A stretch of DNA of 33,353 nt from an uncultured archaeon (lineage in GTDB: Archaea > Asgardarchaeota > Thorarchaeia > Thorarchaeales > Thorarchaeaceae), in contig CAYYQL010000028.1 in NCBI GenBank assembly GCA_964473825.1, positions 1 to 33,353 on the forward strand, in the 5' to 3' direction. The notes under the pieces are model-generated. The model saw only the letters and a program-made list of their open reading frames with translations, had not been told where the DNA came from and ran no database searches. A program made the translations under genes and the position numbers. Position 1 is the first letter of the stretch, and the number at the start of each line of letters is the position of its first letter. Positions 1-9,150 of the stretch are shown here, piece by piece.

Positions 1-2063
1 GTGATCCGGGAGAATATCTCCATCCCTGGAGTCCCGCATCGTGGGCATGGAATGTTCTCCAGTTCCTCTATCGAACTGAACTTGGTCGAACGCCAGTCAA
101 TTCCGCTCTGGTAGTTGCAGGAACTACATCTGCAGACGTCTTTAGTGAAGCTCCAATAGCTCGTCAACGTATTTTCCGCAATCTTCCTCGTCAGCGCCCA
201 CAGTGCGTCAGGGTCAGGATTGGCCTCACCGAGGTACACATGGGTCAACGCACCACCATCAAGGAACGGATGGAACATACCCTCCTTTTTGATACGGTGG
301 CTCAGTGGCAGGTCGGCAGCCACATCGAGGGTGGTGCTGTTCGTGTAGTAGACATTGGGCGCATCGCCCTTCAGATACTTCCGGATACCTGGATATGAAC
401 GATAGTCCTTAGCAGCCAACCGACCGGCAGCACTCTCTGCTGGGGTCCGCGTCACACCAAAGTGCAATCCTGTCTCCTCTCGATACTCATCAGCCCGCTT
501 CTTGAGATGCTTGAGCACCTTGATGCCGAAGCGTGTGCCGTCTCGCTCGTGGAGATGCTGACCGGTCTGGATAAGAGCCATCTCTTCAAAGCCCACTGTT
601 CCCAGCAGGAACTCTCTGGTGGACATGTCGATGAGGGGGTCACCATTTGGCTTTGGTTGCGTGTAGAATGGAACGCTACCGCTTGCGATGAGTTTGTCCA
701 TGAGGCGCTTCTTCTCCAGAATGACCTCCTTGGACATCTCGAGGTACTCATCCACTTTCTCGAAGAACCGGTCCTCATCAGACCGACCGATATAGGCGGC
801 TCTCCCGAAGTTGGGGGTCACCATCTGCGAGGCACCGAAGACCATGTTGCCGGAGAGGAACTCCTCCATCTCCTCGTCAGTGCTGGCGGTCCAGAGGTGG
901 GAGCAACAGCTGCTGCAGCCGGCCTCTATCTTAGAGCGCCAGTTCAGGTAGTTCTCGAAATAGGGACTACCATGAAGCGCCGTGAGTTCCGCGACTTTTC
1001 TCCATGACTCGTCATAATCGTCCTTCATGAACTCCTTTCGGAGCACGATGTTTGGCTTCGGAAAGCTGAAGGCCTTGCCTTTGTGGTCACCCTTTATCAT
1101 GACCTCCATGAAGGCATCAAAGAATTGATTGGCCTCGTCCTCGAAGTCACCATAAGTATCACGGCCGATCTTGCCGCCTGGAAGCACTGCCTCCACATCT
1201 CGCATGATCTTTGGAATACCGGGTGTCAGGTCCACACTTGAGAAGATGACCTGGCCGCCCCTTGCAACGTATTGCTGTGTGAGGGTAAATATGAGCTGCT
1301 GAGCCGCCTGCTTGATCTCCTTGTATGACTTCCCTGCCAGGAAGGGGGCCAAGAATGTGTTGAAGAAGAAATACCCTTGTCCGCCAGCGAAACTCGATTG
1401 GGCGGCAGCCAACCAGATGGCAGAGTGATTGATAGCAACCGGAAGGTGTTGTGCTGGACCGGCTGCGGATGAATGCATACCACCGAGACCGTCCGGGGCA
1501 ATCCCCAGCTTGAAAATCTGCCTCAGGTCCCACGTGGCACAGTAATCACGAGTTGAGAAATACTCACGGTCCTTGATATAGATGTCACCGCTCAGGTGTG
1601 CATCGGCCAAGTGCGGGGGAATCGTGAGGAAGGTGTGCTGCTCCATGACCTCGTCGTGGACGAGTTTCGCGATGGTCTCTGGATTCCGCATGAGGTTGGC
1701 GTTGGAGGTATGATGAGCGGGATTGATGACCAGTTGATTCAGGTCATACATCGGTACACCTACACGGGTGTAGGAGATTCGCTCCGCCTCAAAGCCCATC
1801 TCCGCAAGAACGCTGTTGCACATCTCTCGGATGAGCGGTCCTGACAAAAACTTGATACCGGAGGCGGCAATCCTGTCCATGACCCTTACTGCAACCAGTT
1901 GGGCATCACCGTGACTAAGCCTGGCCTCCTCAATCAGACTATTGATGATACGCTGCGCATCAAATGGTTCCATGGTGCCCTTGGTCGACCTGACCTTGGG
2001 CAACTTCTTCTCGCGCTTTCTCACTTCTTCACTACTCACCAATGAACTTCTGATATCCGTCAA
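1..2063 (-). CDS. nrdD: Anaerobic (class III) ribonucleoside-triphosphate reductase with N-terminal ATP cone; 3' end truncated by the window edge
   Basis: Segments translated by hand in one minus-strand frame (not in the ORF track). ATP cone KVRSTKGTMEPFDAQRIINSL; AQSSFAGGQG; finger loop GCSSCCSH (CC at 903-908); TNST...FHPFLDGGALTHVYLGE; C-terminal Zn-site cysteines; ends MEIFSRI(T), just before the expected glycyl-radical Gly. Start is TTG 2063 or GTG 2039. Confidence 0.95.
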   Translation of the reverse strand, partial: MTDIRSSLVSSEEVRKREKKLPKVRSTKGTMEPFDAQRIINSLIEEARLSHGDAQLVAVRVMDRIAASGIKFLSGPLIREMCNSVLAEMGFEAERISYTRVGVPMYDLNQLVINPAHHTSNANLMRNPETIAKLVHDEVMEQHTFLTIPPHLADAHLSGDIYIKDREYFSTRDYCATWDLRQIFKLGIAPDGLGGMHSSAAGPAQHLPVAINHSAIWLAAAQSSFAGGQGYFFFNTFLAPFLAGKSYKEIKQAAQQLIFTLTQQYVARGGQVIFSSVDLTPGIPKIMRDVEAVLPGGKIGRDTYGDFEDEANQFFDAFMEVMIKGDHKGKAFSFPKPNIVLRKEFMKDDYDESWRKVAELTALHGSPYFENYLNWRSKIEAGCSSCCSHLWTASTDEEMEEFLSGNMVFGASQMVTPNFGRAAYIGRSDEDRFFEKVDEYLEMSKEVILEKKRLMDKLIASGSVPFYTQPKPNGDPLIDMSTREFLLGTVGFEEMALIQTGQHLHERDGTRFGIKVLKHLKKRADEYREETGLHFGVTRTPAESAAGRLAAKDYRSYPGIRKYLKGDAPNVYYTNSTTLDVAADLPLSHRIKKEGMFHPFLDGGALTHVYLGEANPDPDALWALTRKIAENTLTSYWSFTKDVCRCSSCNYQSGIDWRSTKFSSIEELENIPCPRCGTPGMEIFSRI

Positions 2064-2066
2064 TCT

Positions 2067-2345
2067 TCACTGCACCTCTAGCGCGTCCCGGATTCCGTCG
2101 AAGGTTGGTATCTCTCCACTGTAAAGCATCTGGAGGGACCCGTTGTTCTCAACTATTATGCTGGGGGTTGAAGCAATGAAGACCTGTTCCTCAAGCAATC
2201 TGAACTCGAAGTCAGGATCCATCTCTGTGAGGTCAATCTCCTCTATCTGCACACCGGTTCCATCCAAGGCCTCATACACAACCTGTTTTGCGGCGGGGCA
2301 ATTCACGCAGTTCTGTTGTGTGACAAGGTATAGAGTCGGTGGCAT
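2067..2345 (-). CDS. nrdH: NrdH-like/glutaredoxin-fold redoxin (CVNC)
   Basis: CVNC motif and cis-Pro motif STPSI. GGGAGG SD lies 5 nt before ATG 2345, which is preferred over the GTG at 2504. Stop is 3 bp upstream of the nrdD TTG. Confidence 0.8.
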   Translation of the reverse strand: MPPTLYLVTQQNCVNCPAAKQVVYEALDGTGVQIEEIDLTEMDPDFEFRLLEEQVFIASTPSIIVENNGSLQMLYSGEIPTFDGIRDALEVQ

Positions 2346-2746
2346 GTTTTTCCTCCCGGCGATTGTCTCAGCACCCTCTCCCAGTTGAGGGGACAGTGAG
2401 GCCTTTGCCGCCAGTGGCATAAAAGGATTTACCTCCACTGAAAGACTCTCTGGATGGGACAGACGGCCTCGAGAGCGAAACTTATTCGGGCGGCGCTTGG
2501 ACACACCTCTATTTCCTCTGGCCGACTATTAAGGTCGTAGATTTTGTCGACTTGACATCAAACAGGGGGCTCACAGACTGTGCCTCCGAGCATCTCATCA
2601 GACCCAAGGTGAACCGACCGACCAAGCTTCCCAGACGCGGAACCGCGCCAAAGAGCCAACTATCATGAACTGAGGGAAGAGTGATAAGACGACATTCTCG
2701 TCCGGTGGCCCAAGATACCTCAACGCATTGACAGGGAGCAGAAGAT

Positions 2747-3370
2747 ATGGCAACCTATCTCAGAACACGAACACCAGTTGATGGATGGAAGAGACTCATC
2801 CGGAAGATCATGGGCGCCGGAATGACAAGAACAGACGAACGTGGAATGAGGACAAGATGGCTTGACAATGTAATGGTGCATATTCTCGAACCCTACAAGG
2901 ACAGAGTCACTGACTTGTATCCGTTCAGTGAGAAGGTTCTCAAGGAGAAATATGCCACCCAACTGCTGAGCCCCAATCGTCTGGATTTTGAGTATACATA
3001 TGGTGAGCGACTCAACGCTTGGGGTGACGGGGAGATAGACCAGATCGAATACGTTGTACGCAAGCTGAAAGAGAACGTCCATAGCCGGAGGGCGGTTGCC
3101 ACAACGTGGGACCCACGTGTGGACCCGAATCATGACGAGGTCCCATGTCTGAACCATTTTGTGTTCATGGAGCGAGATGGACTACTAGACCTCTCAGTCA
3201 TGATTAGATCCAACGATATGTATGGTGCATGGCCTGCTAATGTCTATGCCATAGGTGAGCTTCTCAGAGATGTCGCAGGGAAGACAGGTCTCAGAACAGG
3301 GCATCTCACAACGGTATCGGTCAATGCGCACATCTACGAACACGACTGGAGTAGAGCTGCACAGCTCTAG
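2747..3370 (+). CDS. thyA: Archaeal-type thymidylate synthase
   Basis: YTYGERL, SRRA, catalytic VPCL, RSNDMYGAWPAN, NAHIYE; divergent from the nrd genes. Confidence 0.9.
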   Translation: MATYLRTRTPVDGWKRLIRKIMGAGMTRTDERGMRTRWLDNVMVHILEPYKDRVTDLYPFSEKVLKEKYATQLLSPNRLDFEYTYGERLNAWGDGEIDQIEYVVRKLKENVHSRRAVATTWDPRVDPNHDEVPCLNHFVFMERDGLLDLSVMIRSNDMYGAWPANVYAIGELLRDVAGKTGLRTGHLTTVSVNAHIYEHDWSRAAQL

Positions 3371-3421
3371 TCAAACTTAAGGCGTACTATTCATATAGTG
3401 CTTTAACTAATCTGTCAGAAA

Positions 3422-3440
3422 AGGTTACCACATGTAATCT
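3422..3440. promoter_or_regulatory. Imperfect palindrome AGGTTAC-N5-GTAATCT, candidate operator of the adjacent Lrp gene
   Basis: 6/7 inverted repeat about 15-30 bp downstream of a TATA-like TTTAAC (3402-3407), upstream of the Lrp start. Confidence 0.3.
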
Positions 3441-3464
3441 AGGATACACCCACTCTGTGGGGGA

Positions 3465-4088
3465 TTGGCTCAGGTGGACAACATAGACAAGGAAATCATT
3501 TCGATTCTGTACAGAGATGGTCGAACTACGCTATCAGACATGGGCGACGAGCTCGGTATGTCACATGTGGCTGTGAGCAAGAGACTGGACAACCTCATCA
3601 AAGAGGGCTTGTTGCAGGTCACAGCCGGCGTCAGTGCCGAGAAGATGGATATGAAAATCCTATTCATGGGAATTGAAACCGAAAACATGGATGTAGCAGA
3701 TAGGATAACCGAGAAGTACGAAGACTGTCCACGTCTTCTGATGCTTGCGCCAGTGACGGGACGATACAACTTGTTTGCCATAATGCTTGCTGAAGACACA
3801 TGGAGTCTCGAGTCAATCATAGGGACCTGTAGCATGCGGACAGAACCCGGGGTCAGAAGATCTGAGACCTGGTTTGGAAACGCGCCGCTCGTCCCCGACT
3901 ATCTGCCGGTAGACCTCGCACCGGTGAGAGAAGACCGCACCACCACACCCTGTGGAAGAAACTGTCTGAAGTGCCGCCGATATGAGAACGAGAAGTGTAT
4001 AGGCTGCCCACCAACAGACTCCTACAAAGGCCTGCTCTGGGTTTCTCCGAAGACAAAACCAAAGCGGTCACGAAAAGGCAAGAGTTAA
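3465..4088 (+). CDS. Lrp/AsnC-family transcriptional regulator with C-terminal Cys-rich domain
   Basis: N-terminal HTH ([29 protein letters not shown]...VSKRL), RAM-like VTGRYNL, tail CGRNCLKC...CIGCP. Confidence 0.85.
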   Translation: MAQVDNIDKEIISILYRDGRTTLSDMGDELGMSHVAVSKRLDNLIKEGLLQVTAGVSAEKMDMKILFMGIETENMDVADRITEKYEDCPRLLMLAPVTGRYNLFAIMLAEDTWSLESIIGTCSMRTEPGVRRSETWFGNAPLVPDYLPVDLAPVREDRTTTPCGRNCLKCRRYENEKCIGCPPTDSYKGLLWVSPKTKPKRSRKGKS

Positions 4089-4123
4089 TTTCTGTCACTG
4101 CCCGCCACACCCATGTGAACGAG

Positions 4124-4714
4124 ATGAGTGGTCCATTCATACATGACCTGGCTGTTGTAGACGAAGGAGCTCAAATCGGCAACGGGACACGTGTCTGGCA
4201 TTTCGCACACGTCAGAGGGTCCGCAAGAATCGGCAGCGATTGCATCATCGGAAAGGATGTCTATGTGGATGCAGATGTAGTCATAGGCGACCGAGTGAAG
4301 ATTCAGAATGGGGTCTCCGTGTACCACGGAGTCACAATAGAAGATGATGTGTTCTGCGGGCCGCACATGACCTTCACCAACGACATGTATCCCCGCGCCT
4401 TCAGTGAGACTTGGAGCTTCATAAAGACTCTTGTGAAGAAAGGCGCCTCGATCGGAGCCCACGCCACGATTGTCTGCGACACTACCTTGGGGGAATACTG
4501 CATGGTAGGAAGCGGCGCTGTGGTAACAAGAAACGTGCCAGATCACGGACTGGTCATTGGCAACCCAGCACGTCTAATAGGATTCGTGTGTACCTGTGGT
4601 CGACCTCTAAAGAAGGAGGTCGAAAGGGATGACAAGACAGTAACGTTCCAATGCGACGAATGTGGAGAGAAAATCATTATTCCCAAGGCAGACTTCAAGT
4701 ATAAGGTAAGGTAA
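4124..4714 (+). CDS. Hexapeptide-repeat N-acetyltransferase (WbpD/WlbB-like) with C-terminal zinc ribbon
   Basis: [45 protein letters not shown]...CDEC. ATG 4124 chosen because the longer start overlaps the Lrp gene. Confidence 0.88.
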   Translation: MSGPFIHDLAVVDEGAQIGNGTRVWHFAHVRGSARIGSDCIIGKDVYVDADVVIGDRVKIQNGVSVYHGVTIEDDVFCGPHMTFTNDMYPRAFSETWSFIKTLVKKGASIGAHATIVCDTTLGEYCMVGSGAVVTRNVPDHGLVIGNPARLIGFVCTCGRPLKKEVERDDKTVTFQCDECGEKIIIPKADFKYKVR

Positions 4715-4720
4715 CAGCCC

Positions 4721-6802
4721 GTGTCACATGTCTACAAGAGATTCGTCCAGGAGAAAATAGCAAATCTGATTGGCAACACAGAAAACATCCGAAACTGCAC
4801 AGTCATTGCTCACATTGATCACGGCAAGACGACTCTCACTGATTCCTTGATTGCGGCATCAGGACTCCTGTCGGATCGCGTGGCAGCCAAAGCCAGACTT
4901 CTTGACTACGATATGATAGAACAAGAGAGAGGTATCACTATCAAAGCATCCGGCATCTCCCTTCTTCACGAGAAAGGGAAGAAGAAACATCTCATCCATC
5001 TTATCGACACACCAGGACACATAGACTTCTCCAGTCATGTCACGAGAGGGCTCCGGCTCACTGATGGAGCAATTGTCGTCGTTGACGTTATCGAAGGTAT
5101 CATGGTGCAGACTGAAACAGTGACGCGTCAGGCCATGCAGGAACTGGTCAGACCCTTGCTCTTCATCAACAAGATCGATAGACTGGTCAAGGAGAAGAAA
5201 CTTGATGCAAAGAAGATTGCATCTGAGATCAGCAAGGTGACACGCGAGTTCAATGGAATGCTCGGGAAGTATCTTGACGACGAATGGCTGGAAGAATGGG
5301 AAGTATCATTCAACAAGAACTCTCTTGTGATTGGTTCAGCCCTCGACAAATGGGGGATTTCACTCTCAACGCTTCTGACCAGGACAGATGGAAGCAAGGA
5401 TGAGACCCGTCTTGCAGAGGCCTTTCTTGATATACTCGGTGAGGTCGTTGAATGCTATAAGAACAATGACCAGGAATCCCTCCACGATAAGTACCCCGTG
5501 GCTCCTGTGCTTCTTGATTCTCTTGTTGAGGTCATTCCAAACCCACCATCAGCTCAAAGGTACAGAATGAAGAGGATCTGGGAGGGGGACATCGGTTCAG
5601 ATAGCGCAAGGCCCCTTGTCGAGTGTGACCCAAAGGGACCAACCGTGATTCTCGTGGGCAATGTTGAACCCGACCGACACGCAGGGACTGTTGCATCTGT
5701 ACGCATATTCTCGGGTCAGCTTGAGAGAGGGACGCCCCTTAGAAACCTCAGATCAAATACCGTGAGCAAATCACTCCAGATTGGTATCTCCATGGTGAAG
5801 TCAAGAGTAGCCCTGCCATCGATTCCAGCTGGCAATCTTGCCTTTGTCACGGGAATCAAAGACATCGCAATTGGAGACACATTGGTGGCAACTGAAACGG
5901 ATATGGATACCCCTATGAAGGGGCTTCAGTATCCAACAGAGCCGGTCGTTACATATACTGTTGAACCACAGCTACTAAGAGAGCTTGCAGAGGTTCAGGA
6001 GGAAATCACAGAATTCGCTGAGGTCGATCCCGCATTGGACTTCTATGTGAACCCCGAGACTGGAGAGATGTTGCTATCCGGTGCAGGAGAACTTCACATT
6101 GAGATTACAGTTGAGAAGCTCGCAAGACAGGGAATACGAGTCAGGCTTGGTGAGCCAATCGTACTGCTGAAGGAACAGATGACCAAGGACGGGGCGAGCA
6201 GCTCAGCAGGAACTGAGGGAACAAGCAACTTCACTGTCCGTGCAATAGTCACTCGCGAAGAAGAGTCAGTGAGAGAGCTTGGCACAGTGATTGCATCTCA
6301 CCCGCCTTCCTCATGCTACTTGGTTGACCAGACTGGAAAAGTCGGCCAATACGATGACGAGACCGAGTGGATACAAGAGGCATTCAATGCTGTTAGGAGA
6401 AGTGGGACAGTTGCCGGAGAGCGTATGCGGAAGGTCACGCTGGTGTTAGAAAAGGCAAGCATCAAGATAGAGTCACCCGAGACCTCTTGGAGAGACATCA
6501 CTCAACCGCTCGTAAAGGCCGCTCGTCAGAGCATCAAGTCTGGCGAACCGAGAGTACTCGAACCTTGGACTCGCCTTGAAATCAGTGCACCGGAAGACTA
6601 TGTGGGCGCCACAACCTCTATTCTTGCGAGAAGAAAGGGAAACATCATTGCAATCGATTCTGAGAAGATGCTGTACCATATCGAGGCGGAGATTCCTGTA
6701 CGTCAGTCATTTGGTCTGGCTAACGAACTCCGAACATCGACGTCAGGTTGGGTCACGTGGGGAGCAAGACCCGGAGAGTATAGAGAGATGCTATCCCGAT
6801 AG
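4721..6802 (+). CDS. Translation elongation factor 2 paralog (aEF-2p type), lacking the diphthamide HRG motif
   Basis: Intact G motifs AHIDHGKT, RGITI, DTPGH, NKID; SGAGELHIE; LEP. The domain IV loop reads KIESPETSWRD instead of HEDxxHRG. Confidence 0.88.
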   Translation: MSHVYKRFVQEKIANLIGNTENIRNCTVIAHIDHGKTTLTDSLIAASGLLSDRVAAKARLLDYDMIEQERGITIKASGISLLHEKGKKKHLIHLIDTPGHIDFSSHVTRGLRLTDGAIVVVDVIEGIMVQTETVTRQAMQELVRPLLFINKIDRLVKEKKLDAKKIASEISKVTREFNGMLGKYLDDEWLEEWEVSFNKNSLVIGSALDKWGISLSTLLTRTDGSKDETRLAEAFLDILGEVVECYKNNDQESLHDKYPVAPVLLDSLVEVIPNPPSAQRYRMKRIWEGDIGSDSARPLVECDPKGPTVILVGNVEPDRHAGTVASVRIFSGQLERGTPLRNLRSNTVSKSLQIGISMVKSRVALPSIPAGNLAFVTGIKDIAIGDTLVATETDMDTPMKGLQYPTEPVVTYTVEPQLLRELAEVQEEITEFAEVDPALDFYVNPETGEMLLSGAGELHIEITVEKLARQGIRVRLGEPIVLLKEQMTKDGASSSAGTEGTSNFTVRAIVTREEESVRELGTVIASHPPSSCYLVDQTGKVGQYDDETEWIQEAFNAVRRSGTVAGERMRKVTLVLEKASIKIESPETSWRDITQPLVKAARQSIKSGEPRVLEPWTRLEISAPEDYVGATTSILARRKGNIIAIDSEKMLYHIEAEIPVRQSFGLANELRTSTSGWVTWGARPGEYREMLSR

Positions 6803-6804
6803 TT

Positions 6805-9102
6805 CTAGCGTCGTATGTAAAACCGGCGACTCATCTCTTCGCCGAGAAAAGCAAGCACGCGTCGATCGACCATGGCAACACCATCCATCATCTTCAGAGC
6901 ACGTGCCATATTGGAAAAGACGGCATTGAGATACGGTTGAGACCTCAATGTCTCTGATTGATCAACCATCTGCAGATAGGCCTCTGTTATCTTGATCAGG
7001 CCCAACCAGTCATCTGATAGGATGAAACTGAAGTGCGTATCTGAGAAGCGCTCGGCCAACCTTGGCTGCTGGGTGCGGTCAATACTGGCTCTGTACCGGT
7101 TCTCCAGAACTAGAGCGAATTGAAAGAGGACACTTGAGAGGGACAGTGCCGTCGCCTTGATGAACTCCGAAGACTCGTCGAATGAAGAACCACTGGCTTC
7201 AACCTCCTGAAGCTTGACAGCTGAATCATACAGACCAGTAGCAAGTTCTGAATAGTCTCTGTTCCGATAGAATAAATGAAGTGTCTGAGCCAAGCTCGTC
7301 TGGCCCCTCCAGTATTGAGCAAGGAGGGAGTCGGTGTTATCCACGCTTTGTGTCACAGGATCCGAGACCTCACCTGTCATCTCAAGCTTCACAGAATCGA
7401 GATTCAGCTTCGAAATAGCAAGAGCCTGCATCAGAGGGACAACATCCATGATTCCATTATCCTGACTAGCAAGAGAACTGCAACGATTTCGAAGGGTCAG
7501 CCACGAATTGTTCATGAATGGTACAACAAGTGCTACGCCATCAATGAATACATCATCGTTCGTTGCTCGAGCATCGGACAGCATCCTATCGATGTCATCG
7601 AGAAGTCTCAGGAAACGGTCGGGCATGGAGCCTCCGTGTCGAAGAGTCAACCAGACAGTATTGTATGTAGCTATTGCGACTTCTGTGAATGCACGGGTAT
7701 CAGTTGGAAACAAAGGTGTGTATTGGACCAGTAGCCTACGAATAGACGCGTAGTCAACACCCACAGGAGTCTCAAGCTTACGAAGCCTTGACAATTCTAG
7801 ACCGATCTGGCTTCCGAGCAGGACCAGTTCCGATATCCTTCCGTCGCTGAGCAGTTTCGTTCTCATATCAACTGCACGTTCAAAGGCTTCGATGCCTGTG
7901 TCCCAGAACTCATTAGACTCACACGCAAGACATAGCCAGCCTATCGAGTGGTCACAGACCGCCAGCTCAAGTTCAGCATCCTCGATATCCCCGAGGATAG
8001 AGCGGGCGCGGGACAAATACTCCAGTGAGAGAGTAATGCTTCGATGGTCGCTCTGAAGACCATGCGTGAATCCAAGGGCAGCAAGGCATCTGTAGAGGTG
8101 CATGTTCTGCTCCTGAGTAAGACCTTCCATGCCCTCATAGATACTCAGGCACTCCTCCAGTCGCTTAATAGCCTCAGGAACACCCTCAAACCATCCATTT
8201 GCCAGGATATTCGATCCAATTAAGAGATAGGCAAGACCGAGGTCATCTTTGGAAGCAAGTTCAATGTTCACGGCCTCTCTGTATAGAGAGGTGGCTGTAT
8301 CAGCCAGTGCTCTGGCAGTCTGGTGATGCACTGAGTCGTCACGGGTTTCGTTGATGGCCAGCTGGAGGGTCACATCTGCCAGTTTGATGCTGTCATGCTC
8401 CTTCTTAGCAAGGTCAGCAAGTCCGTGCAAGATGTTACGTGACTGTTGATACTTGCCCAGCTCGGTCAGGACAGCGGCTTCATCCAAAGATAGATCGAAA
8501 TGCGTTTCCTCCATGTTCATGTCTCGAGAGAAACCAATCAGGCGGTTGAGCAGTACATCGGCACAATCAAACATACCTTCACGAAGAAGCATATGAATGG
8601 CATAGTGAGACTCATGAATGGCCAGTTTTGTGGACGCTTCATGACCGCGTTCGAAGATAGCCTGGAGGGTCAGCAAAGTCTCATCGGTGAGAAAGGGTAA
8701 GAGGGGGCGCAGGTTGAGACTCATGGCCGTGTACATGGACTGTGCGAGGTCGCCCAGAATATCGAGCAAGACCGGGATTGTATGCACATCTGGAAGTAGT
8801 TCGCTCTCTTCTCGTCTATGTGCCGTTGTGAACCTAGTATCTAGCAGCTGAAGCATCTGAGGAAGAGTTCGGTCCTCCCTGAAAGAGAGACGCACCGACA
8901 GTTCCGTGAGCTTCGCACTGGCAATACCCGGCCTACGAAGGATGATCTCCTCAACTGCTCGAGCAACCTCGAATGCAATATCAACGTCGTCTTCTTTTCG
9001 TCTTGATATGTTCTGAATCGCTGACAACCCGTCATCAAGAGACATGGCTCCGCAGAGGATGTCTCTCAGTGTGACGATTGCCAATGATTCCACTATTCTC
9101 AT
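6805..9102 (-). CDS. Large helical TPR-like/alpha-solenoid protein of unknown function
   Basis: 765-aa Leu/Ala-rich ORF filling the gap between flanking genes; TPR-like helices (LGLAYLLIG, LAALGFTH, LAVCDHSIGWL, GIEAFERAVDMR). Confidence 0.7.
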   Translation of the reverse strand: MRIVESLAIVTLRDILCGAMSLDDGLSAIQNISRRKEDDVDIAFEVARAVEEIILRRPGIASAKLTELSVRLSFREDRTLPQMLQLLDTRFTTAHRREESELLPDVHTIPVLLDILGDLAQSMYTAMSLNLRPLLPFLTDETLLTLQAIFERGHEASTKLAIHESHYAIHMLLREGMFDCADVLLNRLIGFSRDMNMEETHFDLSLDEAAVLTELGKYQQSRNILHGLADLAKKEHDSIKLADVTLQLAINETRDDSVHHQTARALADTATSLYREAVNIELASKDDLGLAYLLIGSNILANGWFEGVPEAIKRLEECLSIYEGMEGLTQEQNMHLYRCLAALGFTHGLQSDHRSITLSLEYLSRARSILGDIEDAELELAVCDHSIGWLCLACESNEFWDTGIEAFERAVDMRTKLLSDGRISELVLLGSQIGLELSRLRKLETPVGVDYASIRRLLVQYTPLFPTDTRAFTEVAIATYNTVWLTLRHGGSMPDRFLRLLDDIDRMLSDARATNDDVFIDGVALVVPFMNNSWLTLRNRCSSLASQDNGIMDVVPLMQALAISKLNLDSVKLEMTGEVSDPVTQSVDNTDSLLAQYWRGQTSLAQTLHLFYRNRDYSELATGLYDSAVKLQEVEASGSSFDESSEFIKATALSLSSVLFQFALVLENRYRASIDRTQQPRLAERFSDTHFSFILSDDWLGLIKITEAYLQMVDQSETLRSQPYLNAVFSNMARALKMMDGVAMVDRRVLAFLGEEMSRRFYIRR

Positions 9103-9150
9103 CCCTCGACTAGGTCGAACCCGGTGTGTTCCATGTTAAAAGCCTTCACG

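Noticed and set aside
452-2124. ORF-track entries such as 462..1007+, 452..778-, 1159..1533- and 1596..1844+
   Set aside because: They are shadows of nrdD, which occupies another minus-strand frame and was missed because its stop lies outside the window.
2346-2746. Bona fide cobalamin riboswitch or tRNA in the nrdH-thyA gap
   Set aside because: Only isolated short motif matches were found, in the wrong order, with no cloverleaf. Kept only as a weak structured-leader candidate.
4124-6802. Acyltransferase acting as an EF-2 paralog modifier replacing diphthamide
   Set aside because: Its sequence matches nucleotide-sugar N-acetyltransferases; adjacency is the only support.
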